From contig CBDIIB010000004.1 in the NCBI GenBank assembly GCA_965279525.1, positions 1,248,001 through 1,312,000 of the forward strand: DNA of 64,000 bases, read 5' to 3'. The position numbers and the translations under genes were made by a program. The notes beneath the pieces are model-generated. The model had not been told where the DNA came from. It ran no database searches and saw only the letters and a list, made by a program, of their open reading frames with translations. The DNA is from Tagaea sp. (GTDB taxonomy: Bacteria; Pseudomonadota; Alphaproteobacteria; CACIAM-22H2). Positions 1 through 9,730 of this stretch are shown one piece after another. Numbering within the stretch: the stretch's first letter is position 1; every line of letters begins with the position of its first letter.

Positions 1-49
1 TCGGCCAATTCCAGATGTGCGTCGACGGGATGTGCCATATGCGTTTTTC

Positions 50-979
50 CTAGGGCAGTCGGGCAATCGAATCGATCATCCGGTCGAAAAGCGCAGCCGC
101 ATTCACTTTCGAGGCGACGAACGCGCTCGCCGGGCGCTTCGTGCGTCCGTTCCAGTCGATCGTCGAGCGGCCGCGCACGCGTCCCTCGGTCTCGATCTCG
201 ACGTGGCAGTCGCGCCCCTCGAACAGGTCGGGCCAGAGCAGCCAAGCAACCGTGCACGGGTCGTGCATCGGATGCGCCTTCGTCGCCATGCCGCCGGGAC
301 GCGGGCGCGTCAGCATGCCGTGGATGCACGCACCCGTGCGCGTGCCCAGTGCGGCGATCCTGTCGACATGCGCCGGCGACGCGATAGCCTGATGCGTGAG
401 GTCCAGACCGAAAAGAGCGGACTTCACCCCCGCCGCCATGACGACGGCGGCCGCGTGCGGATCGACATAGAAGTTGAACTCGGCCGCCGGCGTCATGTTC
501 CCGAGCGACAGGGCGCCGCCCATGATCGACAGCAGCCCCAGTCGCGGTGCGATGTCCGGTGCAAGGCGAAGCGCCATCGCGATGTTGGTCAGCGGTCCAA
601 GCGCGCAGACCGTCACGCTGCCCGGCGGCTCGGCCCTTACGAGACGGATCAACGCGTCGACCGCATGGCCGTCGGCGGCGACGGATTGCGGCTCGGGCAA
701 TCCCGAGCCTGCCAGCCCGTCCGGCCCGCTGATGAACTCGGCGGTTTCCAGCGGCACGATCATCGGCCCGTCCATGCCGGCATGGACCGGCACGTTGCGG
801 CGCCCGGCAAGCTCGCAGATGCGCAGCGCATTCGCAGTCGTGCGGCAGAGACCGACATTTCCGGCAACGGTCGACACGAGCTTCACGTCGAACACCTCCG
901 GGTGCGCAAACGCGAGCAGCAGTGCCACCGCATCGTCCTGCCCCGGATCGGTATCGACGACGAGCGTGCGCGCGGTCAC
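50..979 (-). CDS. Inosine/uridine-preferring nucleoside hydrolase
   Basis: N-terminal DTDPGQDD (DxDxGxDD) Ca-binding motif, VAGN, LGPLTN, AEFN..DP and MHDP motifs; start overlaps the stop of the upstream ATPase gene. Confidence 0.93.
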   Translation of the reverse strand: MTARTLVVDTDPGQDDAVALLLAFAHPEVFDVKLVSTVAGNVGLCRTTANALRICELAGRRNVPVHAGMDGPMIVPLETAEFISGPDGLAGSGLPEPQSVAADGHAVDALIRLVRAEPPGSVTVCALGPLTNIAMALRLAPDIAPRLGLLSIMGGALSLGNMTPAAEFNFYVDPHAAAVVMAAGVKSALFGLDLTHQAIASPAHVDRIAALGTRTGACIHGMLTRPRPGGMATKAHPMHDPCTVAWLLWPDLFEGRDCHVEIETEGRVRGRSTIDWNGRTKRPASAFVASKVNAAALFDRMIDSIARLP

Positions 980-1752
980 GCAGCCTCCTGTGCGGCCGAC
1001 ATGATCATATGGCTGAGATCGTCGGCAGACAGCCCACCGATCGGCCGGTCGGCGATCTTTCGCCCGCTCTTCAGGATCGCGACGCGCGTGGCCAGCGCCA
1101 CCACGTCGCGCATGTTGTGGCTGATCAGCAGGATCGTGTGCCCCTGCGCTTTCAGCGCGCGTACCAGATCCAGGACCTGCGCCGTTTCCTTGACACCCAA
1201 TGCCGCCGTCGGCTCATCCATGATTATGATTTCGGCATTCCAGCGAAGCGCGCGCGAGATCGCGACCGCCTGCCGCTGACCGCCCGACAGGCGCTCGACG
1301 GGCCGCGACATGTCGGCGATGTCGACTGACAGGCGCGCCAGGTAGTCGCGCGATTCACGCGCCATGCGGGCCTTGTCGAGGATGCGGACAAACGGCAGGC
1401 CGAAAGCGCGCGTCCGCTCGGCACCCATGAAGATGTTGGCGGCGATCGAAAGACGCGGTGCAAGCGCCAGATCCTGGTAGATGGTCGCGACACCCTGCGC
1501 CAGCGCATCGTGCGGCGAGCGGAAATGCACGGGTACGCCGCGCAGCGACATCGTTCCGTCACTGGGAGCCTGCGCACCCGACAGAATCTTGATCAGGGTC
1601 GACTTGCCGGCGCCGTTATCGCCGCAGATGGCGAGTACGTCGCCGGAATAGACGTCCAGATCGACGCCGGCGAGCGCCTGGACAGCGCCGTAGCTTTTGG
1701 AAATGCCGCGCAGCGAGAACAGCGCCCCGTCGGATCTTGCGTCGTCCGCCAT
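976..1752 (-). CDS. Sugar ABC transporter ATP-binding protein (CUT2, single-domain)
   Basis: Walker A GDNGAGKST, VATIYQDLAL, LSGGQRQ, MDEPTAALG, ISH; start trimmed to ATG at 1752. Confidence 0.92.
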   Translation of the reverse strand: MADDARSDGALFSLRGISKSYGAVQALAGVDLDVYSGDVLAICGDNGAGKSTLIKILSGAQAPSDGTMSLRGVPVHFRSPHDALAQGVATIYQDLALAPRLSIAANIFMGAERTRAFGLPFVRILDKARMARESRDYLARLSVDIADMSRPVERLSGGQRQAVAISRALRWNAEIIIMDEPTAALGVKETAQVLDLVRALKAQGHTILLISHNMRDVVALATRVAILKSGRKIADRPIGGLSADDLSHMIMSAAQEAA

Positions 1753-1780
1753 CTGGCCACGCATCCTTGGCACCGGAGAA

Positions 1781-1804
1781 GCCGGGCGGGTCGCCCCGCC
1801 CGGC
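1781..1804 (-). terminator. Intercistronic hairpin downstream of SBP gene (mRNA stabiliser or attenuator)
   Basis: GCCGGGCGGG-TCGC-CCCGCCCGGC, a perfect 10-bp stem. Confidence 0.6.
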
Positions 1805-1810
1805 GCCCGG

Positions 1811-2755
1811 TCACTTCTTCAGATAGGCGTTGACGTTGTTCTTGTCGACGACGACGGCGTCCATGAACAGATAGGGACCGCTGACGATCGAAGTCGCGGG
1901 CTGCTTCTTGACGACGATGGACTCGACGGCATCGACCGCCTTGACGCCCATTTCCTCGAACGGGATCGTGACGGTGGCGAGGAACGTGCTTTCCGGATCG
2001 GCAATGCGCCGGTAGCTGTCTTCGCCACCGTCGACCGACACCAGCGGGATCTGGCCCTTCTTGACGCCCTGCGCCTTCAGCAGGTCGTCGATGATGTAGG
2101 CTTGCCCGTCGAACGACGCCCAGATGCCGTTGATCTTGCCCTGGTTCTGCAGCAGCAACGCCTGCACGCCGGCCCGCACGTCGTCGCGCCAGCTCTGCGT
2201 GCGCGCCATCGAGTGCTTGCCGATTTCCTTGATGGCCGTGTTCTCCGACACGACCGTGTCGAGGACCTTGCCGCGGATGCGCGACGCGATGTTACCCTCG
2301 AATCGGACGGTCAGGATGTTGCCCGTGTAGCCCATCTGCCCGAGCAGATACATGGCCGCGTCGGCGCCGACCTTGTACTCGTTGGTCTGGATGTCGAACA
2401 GCGCGTGCGGACCCGCACCCGACTGGACGGTGATGACGGGGATCCCGCGGTCCTTGGCCAGCTTGAACTGCGCGTCCGCCTCGACCGGCTTGCCCATCGC
2501 GATGACGATCGCGTCGACCTTCTTCGAGATGAGCGCTTCGAACTGCTCGGCGTGCTTGGGCAGCGAACCTTCCGAATTGAGCAGCGTGACGCCCCAGCCC
2601 TTCGCCTTCGCCGCAGCAGCCGCGGCATTCGCCACGCGCGCGTGCGTCTCGGAGGAAAACTGGAAACCGATCACGCCGATCTCGACTGCCTGTGCGGCCG
2701 CCGTGCCCGCCAGCAGCATCGCCGCTGCCGCGACCAACGATTTTAGCTTTGCCAT
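1811..2755 (-). CDS. Sugar ABC transporter substrate-binding protein (RbsB-like, Peripla_BP_4)
   Basis: Signal peptide, KVDAIVI, GIPVIT and LVSVDG motifs typical of periplasmic sugar-binding proteins. Confidence 0.9.
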   Translation of the reverse strand: MAKLKSLVAAAAMLLAGTAAAQAVEIGVIGFQFSSETHARVANAAAAAAKAKGWGVTLLNSEGSLPKHAEQFEALISKKVDAIVIAMGKPVEADAQFKLAKDRGIPVITVQSGAGPHALFDIQTNEYKVGADAAMYLLGQMGYTGNILTVRFEGNIASRIRGKVLDTVVSENTAIKEIGKHSMARTQSWRDDVRAGVQALLLQNQGKINGIWASFDGQAYIIDDLLKAQGVKKGQIPLVSVDGGEDSYRRIADPESTFLATVTIPFEEMGVKAVDAVESIVVKKQPATSIVSGPYLFMDAVVVDKNNVNAYLKK

Positions 2756-2789
2756 ATCCGTCTACTCCCTCTTGCGACCCTGTCGGGCG

Positions 2790-3773
2790 TCACACCTTGA
2801 ATGCCGGCTTTTTCGTCACCATCGCTGAAAAGGCGACGGATCCGATGATGATGCCACCAAGCACGATATCCTGCACGTAGTAAGCGGCCCCCTGCAGGAC
2901 GAGACCGTTGCCGAGTACCTTGAGCACGACCGCGGCGAACAGCGTGCCGGGGACGTTCGGCCGGCCCGGCTCGAACATCGTCATGCCCAGCAGCACTGCC
3001 GCTATCGCATAGAGGAAATAGTCGCCCGCCATGTTGGGTGCTGCGGACGACAGGTTCGCGGCGAGCAGGACGGCCGCAAGACCCGCACAAGCACCCGACA
3101 ACGCGAGGCCGATCCGCTTCATCCTTGCCGTCGCGATGCCGGCAAGGCGCGCCGCCTCGTCGGCCTCGCCGGTCGCAGTCATGTGGGCGCCCGTGCGGGT
3201 CCACTTGACGAGCCCGTAGGCGACGATCGCGACGCCCGCCATCCAGAAAATCAGGTTGGACACGCCCCATGTCGTTCCCCGGGCGAGCCCGGTGAACCCG
3301 GTCGGCCAGCGGCCGACGAAGGCCACGCCCTGCGTGATCATGAAGGCCAGCCCCTTGGCGATGGCGGCCGTGCCCAGCGTGACGATCAGCGAAGGCACGC
3401 GAAGGACGGTCACCCCGAAGCCGTTGAACAGGCCGAGCCCCAGCCCGACCGCGATCGCGGCAAGGAACGCGATCCAAGGGTCGTGCTTTTGCTGGACGAG
3501 CCAGCCGGCGACGACGGCGGCGAGACTGGCGACTTCGGCAACCGACAGGTCGAGTTCGGCGATGGTGAGGGCGAGCGCGAAGCCGATCGCCAGGATCGCG
3601 AGGAAGCTGGTGTCCTTGGCGATATTGAGGAGATTGGCCGGGCTGGCGAAGTTCTGCGCGAAGACGACGAAATAGGCGATCAGGACGAGACCGGCCATCA
3701 CCGTGCCGTAGCGTTCGATGGCATCTCGGATGCGCCGGTCGGCGGATCCAGGGGCTTGGCTGAAGGGGGACAT
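2790..3773 (-). CDS. Sugar ABC transporter permease (RbsC/BPD_transp_2)
   Basis: Hydrophobic; LDLSV, VPSLIVTLG, EAARLAGI, AIAAVLLG motifs; start trimmed from 663-aa ORF. Confidence 0.9.
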   Translation of the reverse strand: MSPFSQAPGSADRRIRDAIERYGTVMAGLVLIAYFVVFAQNFASPANLLNIAKDTSFLAILAIGFALALTIAELDLSVAEVASLAAVVAGWLVQQKHDPWIAFLAAIAVGLGLGLFNGFGVTVLRVPSLIVTLGTAAIAKGLAFMITQGVAFVGRWPTGFTGLARGTTWGVSNLIFWMAGVAIVAYGLVKWTRTGAHMTATGEADEAARLAGIATARMKRIGLALSGACAGLAAVLLAANLSSAAPNMAGDYFLYAIAAVLLGMTMFEPGRPNVPGTLFAAVVLKVLGNGLVLQGAAYYVQDIVLGGIIIGSVAFSAMVTKKPAFKV

Positions 3774-3816
3774 CGGCCGATGGCGCTGACTGTTAACGAT
3801 TGAACCGGCCCCCGTG

Positions 3817-5289
3817 TTATCGCCGATCTGCGGGCCATGTGGCAAGGCGTCGCGAGACGGGTGCAAGTGCCTCGTGCGCTTGCCGGAACTCGGCATAGAG
3901 CCGGTCGAAATGCGATCGCCGGGCGGTATCGGGCGCATAACGTCGCCCCGGCCGGACAAGGGCCGCCTGTGCTGCCGCAAGCGTCGGGTATTCGCCGCAT
4001 GCCACCCGTGCCGCGACTGCCGCACCGAGCAGCCCCGGCTCCTCGACGGCCGGCGCCACGACCGGCCGGTCGAGAATATCGGCCTTGATCTGGCACCAGG
4101 CCACGTTTGCCGCACCGCCACCGCCAAACCGCAACTCGCGGGCCTGCAGGCCCGTACCGGCTTCCGCCCGCTCGAGGACGATGCGGTTGAGAAAGGCAAT
4201 CCCCTCCATGACCGCGAAGACGAGATCGACCGCCCCGTGCTGGCGGTTGAGGCCGACAAACGCGCCGCGCAGGTTCGCGTCCCAGAAGGGCACGCGTTCG
4301 CCTTGCAGGTAGGGCAGGAACAGCACCGGCACGTCGGTCCGGGGTTGGGCAAGCAGTGCCTCCAGTGCCGGACTGACATCGCCGTGCCTTCCCAGCAGGT
4401 CGAGCACCCAGGCGAGCGTGTCGGCCCCGTTCTGCCCCGGGCCTCCGAGTTGGTGAAGTGCCGGCCCCCAGACGACGTCGAGCAGGCCTTCGGCGATAGC
4501 CGGATGGCCGGCGACCAATCCGAGAACCTCGGTCGTGCCGGAGATGTTGTAGGCGAGGCCCGGCTGGAGAGCGCCAAGCCCGGCGACGGCCGCCCACGTG
4601 TCGTTGGCCATCGCCACGACAGGGCACCCGGCCAAGCCGGAAAGTGCGCCAGGGAGACCTGCGACGACATGCCCCATGATCGAAACCGGATCGCCCAGGG
4701 CCGGAACCAGCGATTCCGGCACGCCGATGGCGGCAAGTATCGAACGCCCGGCTGGTCCCGCAGCGGCAGCCAACCGGGCAAGCGATACGCTGTCGCCGGC
4801 CAGCACGCCGGTCAGCCGGAAGTTGAGCCAGTCCTTCGGCTCGACGACGTGCGCCGTGCGGGCGAATGCCTCGGGCACCACGCGCGCAAACCACAGCAGT
4901 CGCGCCGCCGGATGATAAGCATTGAGACGGGCAGCTTCCGGATGTCCTAGCGGACAGGCCGCGCGCAGTTCCTCGACGACCGTCTCGGCGCGGCTGTCGT
5001 GCCACAGCACGGCCGGATGGGTCGGGCGGCCCTCGGCATCGAGAAATACCTGCGTGCGCGTGAAGGCGGAAATCGCGATCGCCTTCGTCGCGGCGAAGGC
5101 CGCCGGTGCGGCGGCGGCGAGCGCACTTCCAAGATCTGACAGGTCGCGCCACCAGATCTCCGGATCCGCCTCGGCCGACTGGCCGGCCGACGACGGGACA
5201 GACAGGAACGCGACGATCCGGCCCGTCTCGTCGACAAGCCCGCCACGCAGGCTGGTGCCGCCCAGATCGAAAGCAAGGACGCAGCTCAT
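3817..5289 (-). CDS. FGGY-family carbohydrate kinase (xylulokinase-like)
   Basis: DLGGTSLRG, WHDSRA, SGTT, FLPYLQGERVP, GGGGA..WCQIKAD, LGAA. Confidence 0.92.
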   Translation of the reverse strand: MSCVLAFDLGGTSLRGGLVDETGRIVAFLSVPSSAGQSAEADPEIWWRDLSDLGSALAAAAPAAFAATKAIAISAFTRTQVFLDAEGRPTHPAVLWHDSRAETVVEELRAACPLGHPEAARLNAYHPAARLLWFARVVPEAFARTAHVVEPKDWLNFRLTGVLAGDSVSLARLAAAAGPAGRSILAAIGVPESLVPALGDPVSIMGHVVAGLPGALSGLAGCPVVAMANDTWAAVAGLGALQPGLAYNISGTTEVLGLVAGHPAIAEGLLDVVWGPALHQLGGPGQNGADTLAWVLDLLGRHGDVSPALEALLAQPRTDVPVLFLPYLQGERVPFWDANLRGAFVGLNRQHGAVDLVFAVMEGIAFLNRIVLERAEAGTGLQARELRFGGGGAANVAWCQIKADILDRPVVAPAVEEPGLLGAAVAARVACGEYPTLAAAQAALVRPGRRYAPDTARRSHFDRLYAEFRQAHEALAPVSRRLATWPADRR

Positions 5290-6200
5290 GCCCGCGCGAT
5301 CCTTTCGATGGCATCGTGCGCGGCATAGGACGCTGCTGCGCCGCGCTTGCGGCAGGCCAATGATCCGGCGGATATCCCCCAGCGCATCGCCGAGGGCATG
5401 TCGCCGTCGACGGCATAACGTCTGGCAAAAGCGCCGACGAACGCATCGCCAGCCCCTGTCGTATCGACGACCTTCGTGGGCGGTGTCGAGAACCGCACGG
5501 GAGCATAGTCGGAATCAGCGAGCCATGCGCCATCGGCCCCGACCGTGACCACCGCCGCCAGCCGGGCAAATCTTCGCAGCGAACTGGCAAGGGCCGACGG
5601 CGTTGCCCGTACCGGCAGTCCCGTCAGGACACGTGCTTCGATCTCATTGGCGATCAGGATGTCCGTCAACCGGAGCAGGCTGGCCGGGATACGGGCAACT
5701 GCCGGTGCCGTATTGAGGAGCGTAACCGCTCCCGCCCTGCGCGCGATCGAGAAAGCCGCTTCGGTTGCCGCGACCGGAACTTCGAACTGGCCGACGACGA
5801 GCGTCGATGCCCGGATGCCGGCACCCATGCGCCGCACATCTGCCGCCGTCAGGCGTGCATTGGCACCCGACGCCACCACGATGCGGTTGCGCCCATCCGT
5901 CTCGACGAGAATCGCCGCAGATCCGGTCGCGACACCGTCCTTGCGGATGACCATGCGGGTGGCGATGCCGCATTTGCGCCAGAGCGAGATCGCCTCCGCG
6001 CCGGCACCATCCGAGCCGACTGCGGCAAGCATGGAGACACGCGCGCCGGCAAGTGCTGCTTGGATCGCCTGATTGCTGCCCTTGCCGCCCGGCCCCTCGA
6101 CGAGATCGGCGCCGATCACGGTCTCGCCGTCGGCGGGCATGCGCCGCATGGCGAAGCTCAGATCGCGATTGTAACTTCCGACGACGACGATGCGCGGCAT
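5286..6200 (-). CDS. rbsK: Ribokinase (PfkB family)
   Basis: VVGSYNRD, GPGGKGSNQA, NEIE, VDTTGAGDAF; start trimmed to ATG at 6200. Confidence 0.88.
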   Translation of the reverse strand: MPRIVVVGSYNRDLSFAMRRMPADGETVIGADLVEGPGGKGSNQAIQAALAGARVSMLAAVGSDGAGAEAISLWRKCGIATRMVIRKDGVATGSAAILVETDGRNRIVVASGANARLTAADVRRMGAGIRASTLVVGQFEVPVAATEAAFSIARRAGAVTLLNTAPAVARIPASLLRLTDILIANEIEARVLTGLPVRATPSALASSLRRFARLAAVVTVGADGAWLADSDYAPVRFSTPPTKVVDTTGAGDAFVGAFARRYAVDGDMPSAMRWGISAGSLACRKRGAAASYAAHDAIERIARA

Positions 6201-6269
6201 GGACGGCGGCTCCCTTCCGCCCGAGGATTGCCCTATAGTCGGCCGGATTACCAGTTCGGAGAAGTGCCG

Positions 6270-7178
6270 ATGTCGCAAGACGAAGAGCAGAAGCCGTGGC
6301 AATGGAGCGAGGCGACGTGGCGCGCCATCGTCAACAAGGTGCGGGGCGGCAAGTCGCTGCTGCCCGAGAAGTGGAAGGACGGCGCACGTTGTGCCGTGGC
6401 CCTTTCGTTCGATTCCGACCACGAGACGGGCGAGCTGCGACATGGCGGCAAGTCGTTCGGCAAGCTAAGTCAGGGCGAATACGGAGCGCGTTCCGGCATC
6501 AAACGCATCCTCAAGGTCCTCGACAGGCACGGCGTGCCGGCAAGCTTCTTCCAGCCGGCGGTCTCCGCCCTGCTCCACCCGCAGGAAGTGAAATCTGTCG
6601 TCGGGGCCGGCCACGAACTGGCGATCCACAGCTGGATCCACGAATTCAACAGCACGCTCGGCTACGAGACCGAGCGCGATCTCAATTTCCGCGCGGCCGA
6701 CGTGCTTGAAAAAATCTCCGGCAAGCGCGCCGTCGGCATGCGCACGGCCTCCTGGGATTTCAGCCCCCACACGCTCGGCATCATCCGCGAGATGGGGCTG
6801 CTCTACGATTCCTCGCTGATGGCCGACGACGACCCCTACGAACTGCTCGAGGACGGCAAGCCGACCGGCGTGGTGGAACTGCCGGTCGAATGGATCCGCG
6901 ACGACGCGATCTATTTCAACATGGACCGCATGGCGAGCCTGCGCCCTTACACGGCGCCCGACACGGTCTTCGACATCTTCCGGCGCGAGCTGGAAATGGC
7001 ACATGCCGAAGGCGGTCTCTACGTGCTCACGATGCACCCGCACGTGATCGGTCACCGTTCGCGCGTCTGGATCCTCGAGGAGATCGTGAAACTGGCGAAG
7101 TCACTGCCAGGCACATGGATCGCCACGCACGCCGAGATCGCGGCCTATTGTGCCGCAGCCGGCGGCCTGAAGCGCTGA
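6270..7178 (+). CDS. Polysaccharide deacetylase family (CE4, PuuE/HpPgdA-like) amidohydrolase
   Basis: ALSFDSD, EYGARSG, GHELAIHSWIHE, YDSSLM, LTMHPHVIG; no signal peptide; SD GGAG upstream of ATG 6270. Confidence 0.9.
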   Translation: MSQDEEQKPWQWSEATWRAIVNKVRGGKSLLPEKWKDGARCAVALSFDSDHETGELRHGGKSFGKLSQGEYGARSGIKRILKVLDRHGVPASFFQPAVSALLHPQEVKSVVGAGHELAIHSWIHEFNSTLGYETERDLNFRAADVLEKISGKRAVGMRTASWDFSPHTLGIIREMGLLYDSSLMADDDPYELLEDGKPTGVVELPVEWIRDDAIYFNMDRMASLRPYTAPDTVFDIFRRELEMAHAEGGLYVLTMHPHVIGHRSRVWILEEIVKLAKSLPGTWIATHAEIAAYCAAAGGLKR

Positions 7179-7182
7179 TCCG

Positions 7183-7932
7183 CTACTTGCCGCCGTCGAC
7201 CTGGAGAACTTGCCCCGTGATCCACGCGGCATGCTCCGAGGCGAGGAACAGAACAGCCTTGGCGATATCCTCGGGCGTACCCAGCCGGCGCATCGCGATC
7301 CGCTCGAGCAGCGCCTTCTGCCCGTCGGGGCCATAGCTCTCCCACTGACGCTCGCTGGCCGGATTCGACCGCACGAAGCCCGGGGCGACAGAATTGACCG
7401 TAATGCCGAACTGGCCGAGTTCGTGGCCAAGCTGGCGCGTCAGGCCGACAAGCGCATGCTTGGACGAGGCGTAGGCCTGGATGCCGGTGAGGCTTACGCC
7501 CAGTCCCGCACCCGACGAGATGTTGACGATCCGCCCGGACCCGCCCTTCTTCATGTGTGGCACAGCCGCCTGCGCAAACGCGAAGGCACCATCGACATTG
7601 ACCTCGAACAGGGCCCGCCATGCATCGGGCGTGATACTCTCGACCGGCTGCCGCACCTGCCCACGCACGCCACCAGCGTTGTTGACGAGAACGTCCACTC
7701 GCCCGGTTGTCGCAGCCGCCTTGTCGACGAAGGCAAAAATAGCTGCCCTATCGGCGATGTCGAATGCCGCCGTCTGCATGCGGCCACCAGAGGTTTCAGC
7801 AAGTTCGCCGGCATCCAAATCGCAGGCGAAAACGCTTGCACCGTCATCGGCGAACGCGCGCGCGATGGCACGGCCGATGCCGTGACCAGCTCCAGTGACG
7901 ACGACGGTCTTGCCCGAGAAATCGAGTTTCAT
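7183..7932 (-). CDS. Short-chain dehydrogenase/reductase (FabG-like)
   Basis: TGAGHGIG, LVNNAG, NISS, YASSK catalytic motif, VAPG. Confidence 0.93.
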   Translation of the reverse strand: MKLDFSGKTVVVTGAGHGIGRAIARAFADDGASVFACDLDAGELAETSGGRMQTAAFDIADRAAIFAFVDKAAATTGRVDVLVNNAGGVRGQVRQPVESITPDAWRALFEVNVDGAFAFAQAAVPHMKKGGSGRIVNISSGAGLGVSLTGIQAYASSKHALVGLTRQLGHELGQFGITVNSVAPGFVRSNPASERQWESYGPDGQKALLERIAMRRLGTPEDIAKAVLFLASEHAAWITGQVLQVDGGK

Positions 7933-8951
7933 GCGCCGACGGCCTTGGCAAGCTCGTCGAGCGTGGCATCATCCAGCGGCCGGCGGCCGTCCTCGACGTC
8001 GTGCACGAAAGCCACGAGGGCGCGGATCGCCGGCGTGTCGACGCCCACTTCCTTGGCGAGGTCCGCGATGATGGCGATCTGTGCGTCGACCTCGGTCTTT
8101 CGCTTGCGGACGGCAAGATCTCGCCAGATGCCGCTATGGGTCTTGGTCGATTTGGCGTTGTGCACGACCATCGCGTCGAGCGAGGCCTGCACGGCCGCAT
8201 CGGAAGCCTCCGGCGTGAACGCCGCCACGTCGAACCCGTTGAAACCTTCGGCACGCACCTTGCGGGCGCGGCCCGCGAGCACCGCCTCGGTCCCGATACG
8301 CCGGTAAAGTGCCTTCCAGCGTGGTTCGGCGAGGGCGTCGGCAATGGACCGGTTCGTCAGTGCAGTCGCGAAAAGCAGCGCGCCGTACCCGAGCTTGCCC
8401 CAGAGATAGCCCCAGATGTTATCGGTCGCGATCGCGCGCGGCTCGAATCGCTGGAACAGCGCCAGCGTTTCGGCCAGACGCGGCGTCGAGCGTCCGTCGA
8501 GTTCGCCGAGCACGACCGCGCCGTAGCCGCCATAGGTGATCCGGCCTGGCTCGAGATAGTCCGCCCCGTAATTGACGAAGCAGCCCATCGTGCGCGCATC
8601 GCCGACCTGCCTTGCGATGGCGATCTCGTTCAGCCCGTTCTGCGCCGATACGACATATCCGTCGTCGGCGAGATGCGGGGCCAGGGCCGCCGCGGCGGCG
8701 ACCGTATGCTGCGCCTTGACCGCCAGCACGATGCGCCCGAAGCGCCCCGGCACGTCGGCCGGAAGGCATGCCTTGGCGGCCACCGTGAAATTGTCGATCG
8801 GCCCCTCGATCGTCAGGCCGGATTTGTTGATCGCCGCGACGTGTTCCGGCACGTTGTCGACGAACAGAACATCGACACCGGAGCGGACGAGATAGGCGCC
8901 GAGCGTGCCGCCGACGGCGCCCGCCCCCCAGATGACAGTCGGGCCGGTCAT
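7929..8951 (-). CDS. Ketopantoate reductase family (PanE/ApbA-like) oxidoreductase
   Basis: GAGAVG, LAVKA, QNG, WGKL (catalytic Lys), S..RD...TEVD; start trimmed to 8951. Confidence 0.88.
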   Translation of the reverse strand: MTGPTVIWGAGAVGGTLGAYLVRSGVDVLFVDNVPEHVAAINKSGLTIEGPIDNFTVAAKACLPADVPGRFGRIVLAVKAQHTVAAAAALAPHLADDGYVVSAQNGLNEIAIARQVGDARTMGCFVNYGADYLEPGRITYGGYGAVVLGELDGRSTPRLAETLALFQRFEPRAIATDNIWGYLWGKLGYGALLFATALTNRSIADALAEPRWKALYRRIGTEAVLAGRARKVRAEGFNGFDVAAFTPEASDAAVQASLDAMVVHNAKSTKTHSGIWRDLAVRKRKTEVDAQIAIIADLAKEVGVDTPAIRALVAFVHDVEDGRRPLDDATLDELAKAVGA

Positions 8952-9652
8952 TGCGGCCACGGTCCGTTCAGCAGATCGCGGGTTTCGGCGACGGCGACGT
9001 CCCACAGGGCCAGCATCTCAGCATCGTCACGGATGTACCGACCGCCATAGTTCCCGTCGCCAAGCATCTTGCGCGCTTCCGCCGGGCCCAATTGCTTCAG
9101 TTTCTCGATGTCGACCATCGGTTTCTGGACATCCGGATAGGCGACGTTTGCCACACGCGTCCATGGGAAGTTTTCCATCCATGAGGCATGACTGGCGACC
9201 GGATCGATCTCCTTGACCTTCTTCCATGTCTTGGGCGCACACCACCAATTATGGAACTTGACCGCCACGCCGGAATTCTCCGACATCCATTCGAGCGCGT
9301 AGGCGCCCACCGGATTGTTGCCGCCGTGGCCGTTGACGATCATCACGCGCTTGAAACCGCTGCGCTTGATCGAATCGAGGACATCGTTCATCACCGCGAT
9401 CGCCGTCGAGATGCGCAGCGTCACCGTCCCCGGAAACGCCTTGAAGTATGGCGTGATGCCGTAAGACAGCACCGGAAAGACCGGCACGCCGGCGGGCTGT
9501 GCCGCGTCGAGCGACACTTTCTCGGCGAGGATCGCATCGACGCCCAGGCTGAGCTGCGAATGCTGCTCGATGCTCCCGATGGGCAGGACACAGCGATCAT
9601 CGCCCTTGAGGTGGGTTTCGAGCTGCATCCAGTTCATTTCGGTCAGGCGCAT
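8948..9652 (-). CDS. Creatininase family amidohydrolase
   Basis: LPIGSIEQH..L..D, FPGT, NGHGGN, HASWME metal-binding motifs. Confidence 0.92.
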   Translation of the reverse strand: MRLTEMNWMQLETHLKGDDRCVLPIGSIEQHSQLSLGVDAILAEKVSLDAAQPAGVPVFPVLSYGITPYFKAFPGTVTLRISTAIAVMNDVLDSIKRSGFKRVMIVNGHGGNNPVGAYALEWMSENSGVAVKFHNWWCAPKTWKKVKEIDPVASHASWMENFPWTRVANVAYPDVQKPMVDIEKLKQLGPAEARKMLGDGNYGGRYIRDDAEMLALWDVAVAETRDLLNGPWPQ

Positions 9653-9682
9653 GTCGGAATCCGTCCGTTCGCGAGGGAGAAA

Positions 9683-9714
9683 CCCGCGGACGACGCACGA
9701 GCGCCGTCCGCGGG
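9683..9714 (-). terminator. Intercistronic hairpin downstream of Dpp SBP gene
   Basis: On the minus strand CCCGCGGACGGCGC-TCGT-GCGTCGTCCGCGGG gives a 14-bp stem whose G-U pair forms only on that strand. Confidence 0.6.
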
Positions 9715-9730
9715 GCATTGCCTTCGGAGT

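Noticed and set aside
17-1279. 420-aa plus-strand ORF and similar long antisense ORFs (13764-15059, 16854-18143, 51517-52977)
   Set aside because: Each lies opposite a well-supported gene and has no recognisable domain.
3698-5590. 630-aa minus-strand ORF, and the 663-aa version of the permease ORF (2790-4781)
   Set aside because: Alternative frames overlapping the FGGY kinase. The extensions are low-complexity R/P/G sequence, so this is not a kinase-permease fusion.
6270-7178. Calling this gene a peptidoglycan/chitin deacetylase or puuE
   Set aside because: It has no export signal and no purine-catabolism neighbours, so only the CE4 family can be supported.
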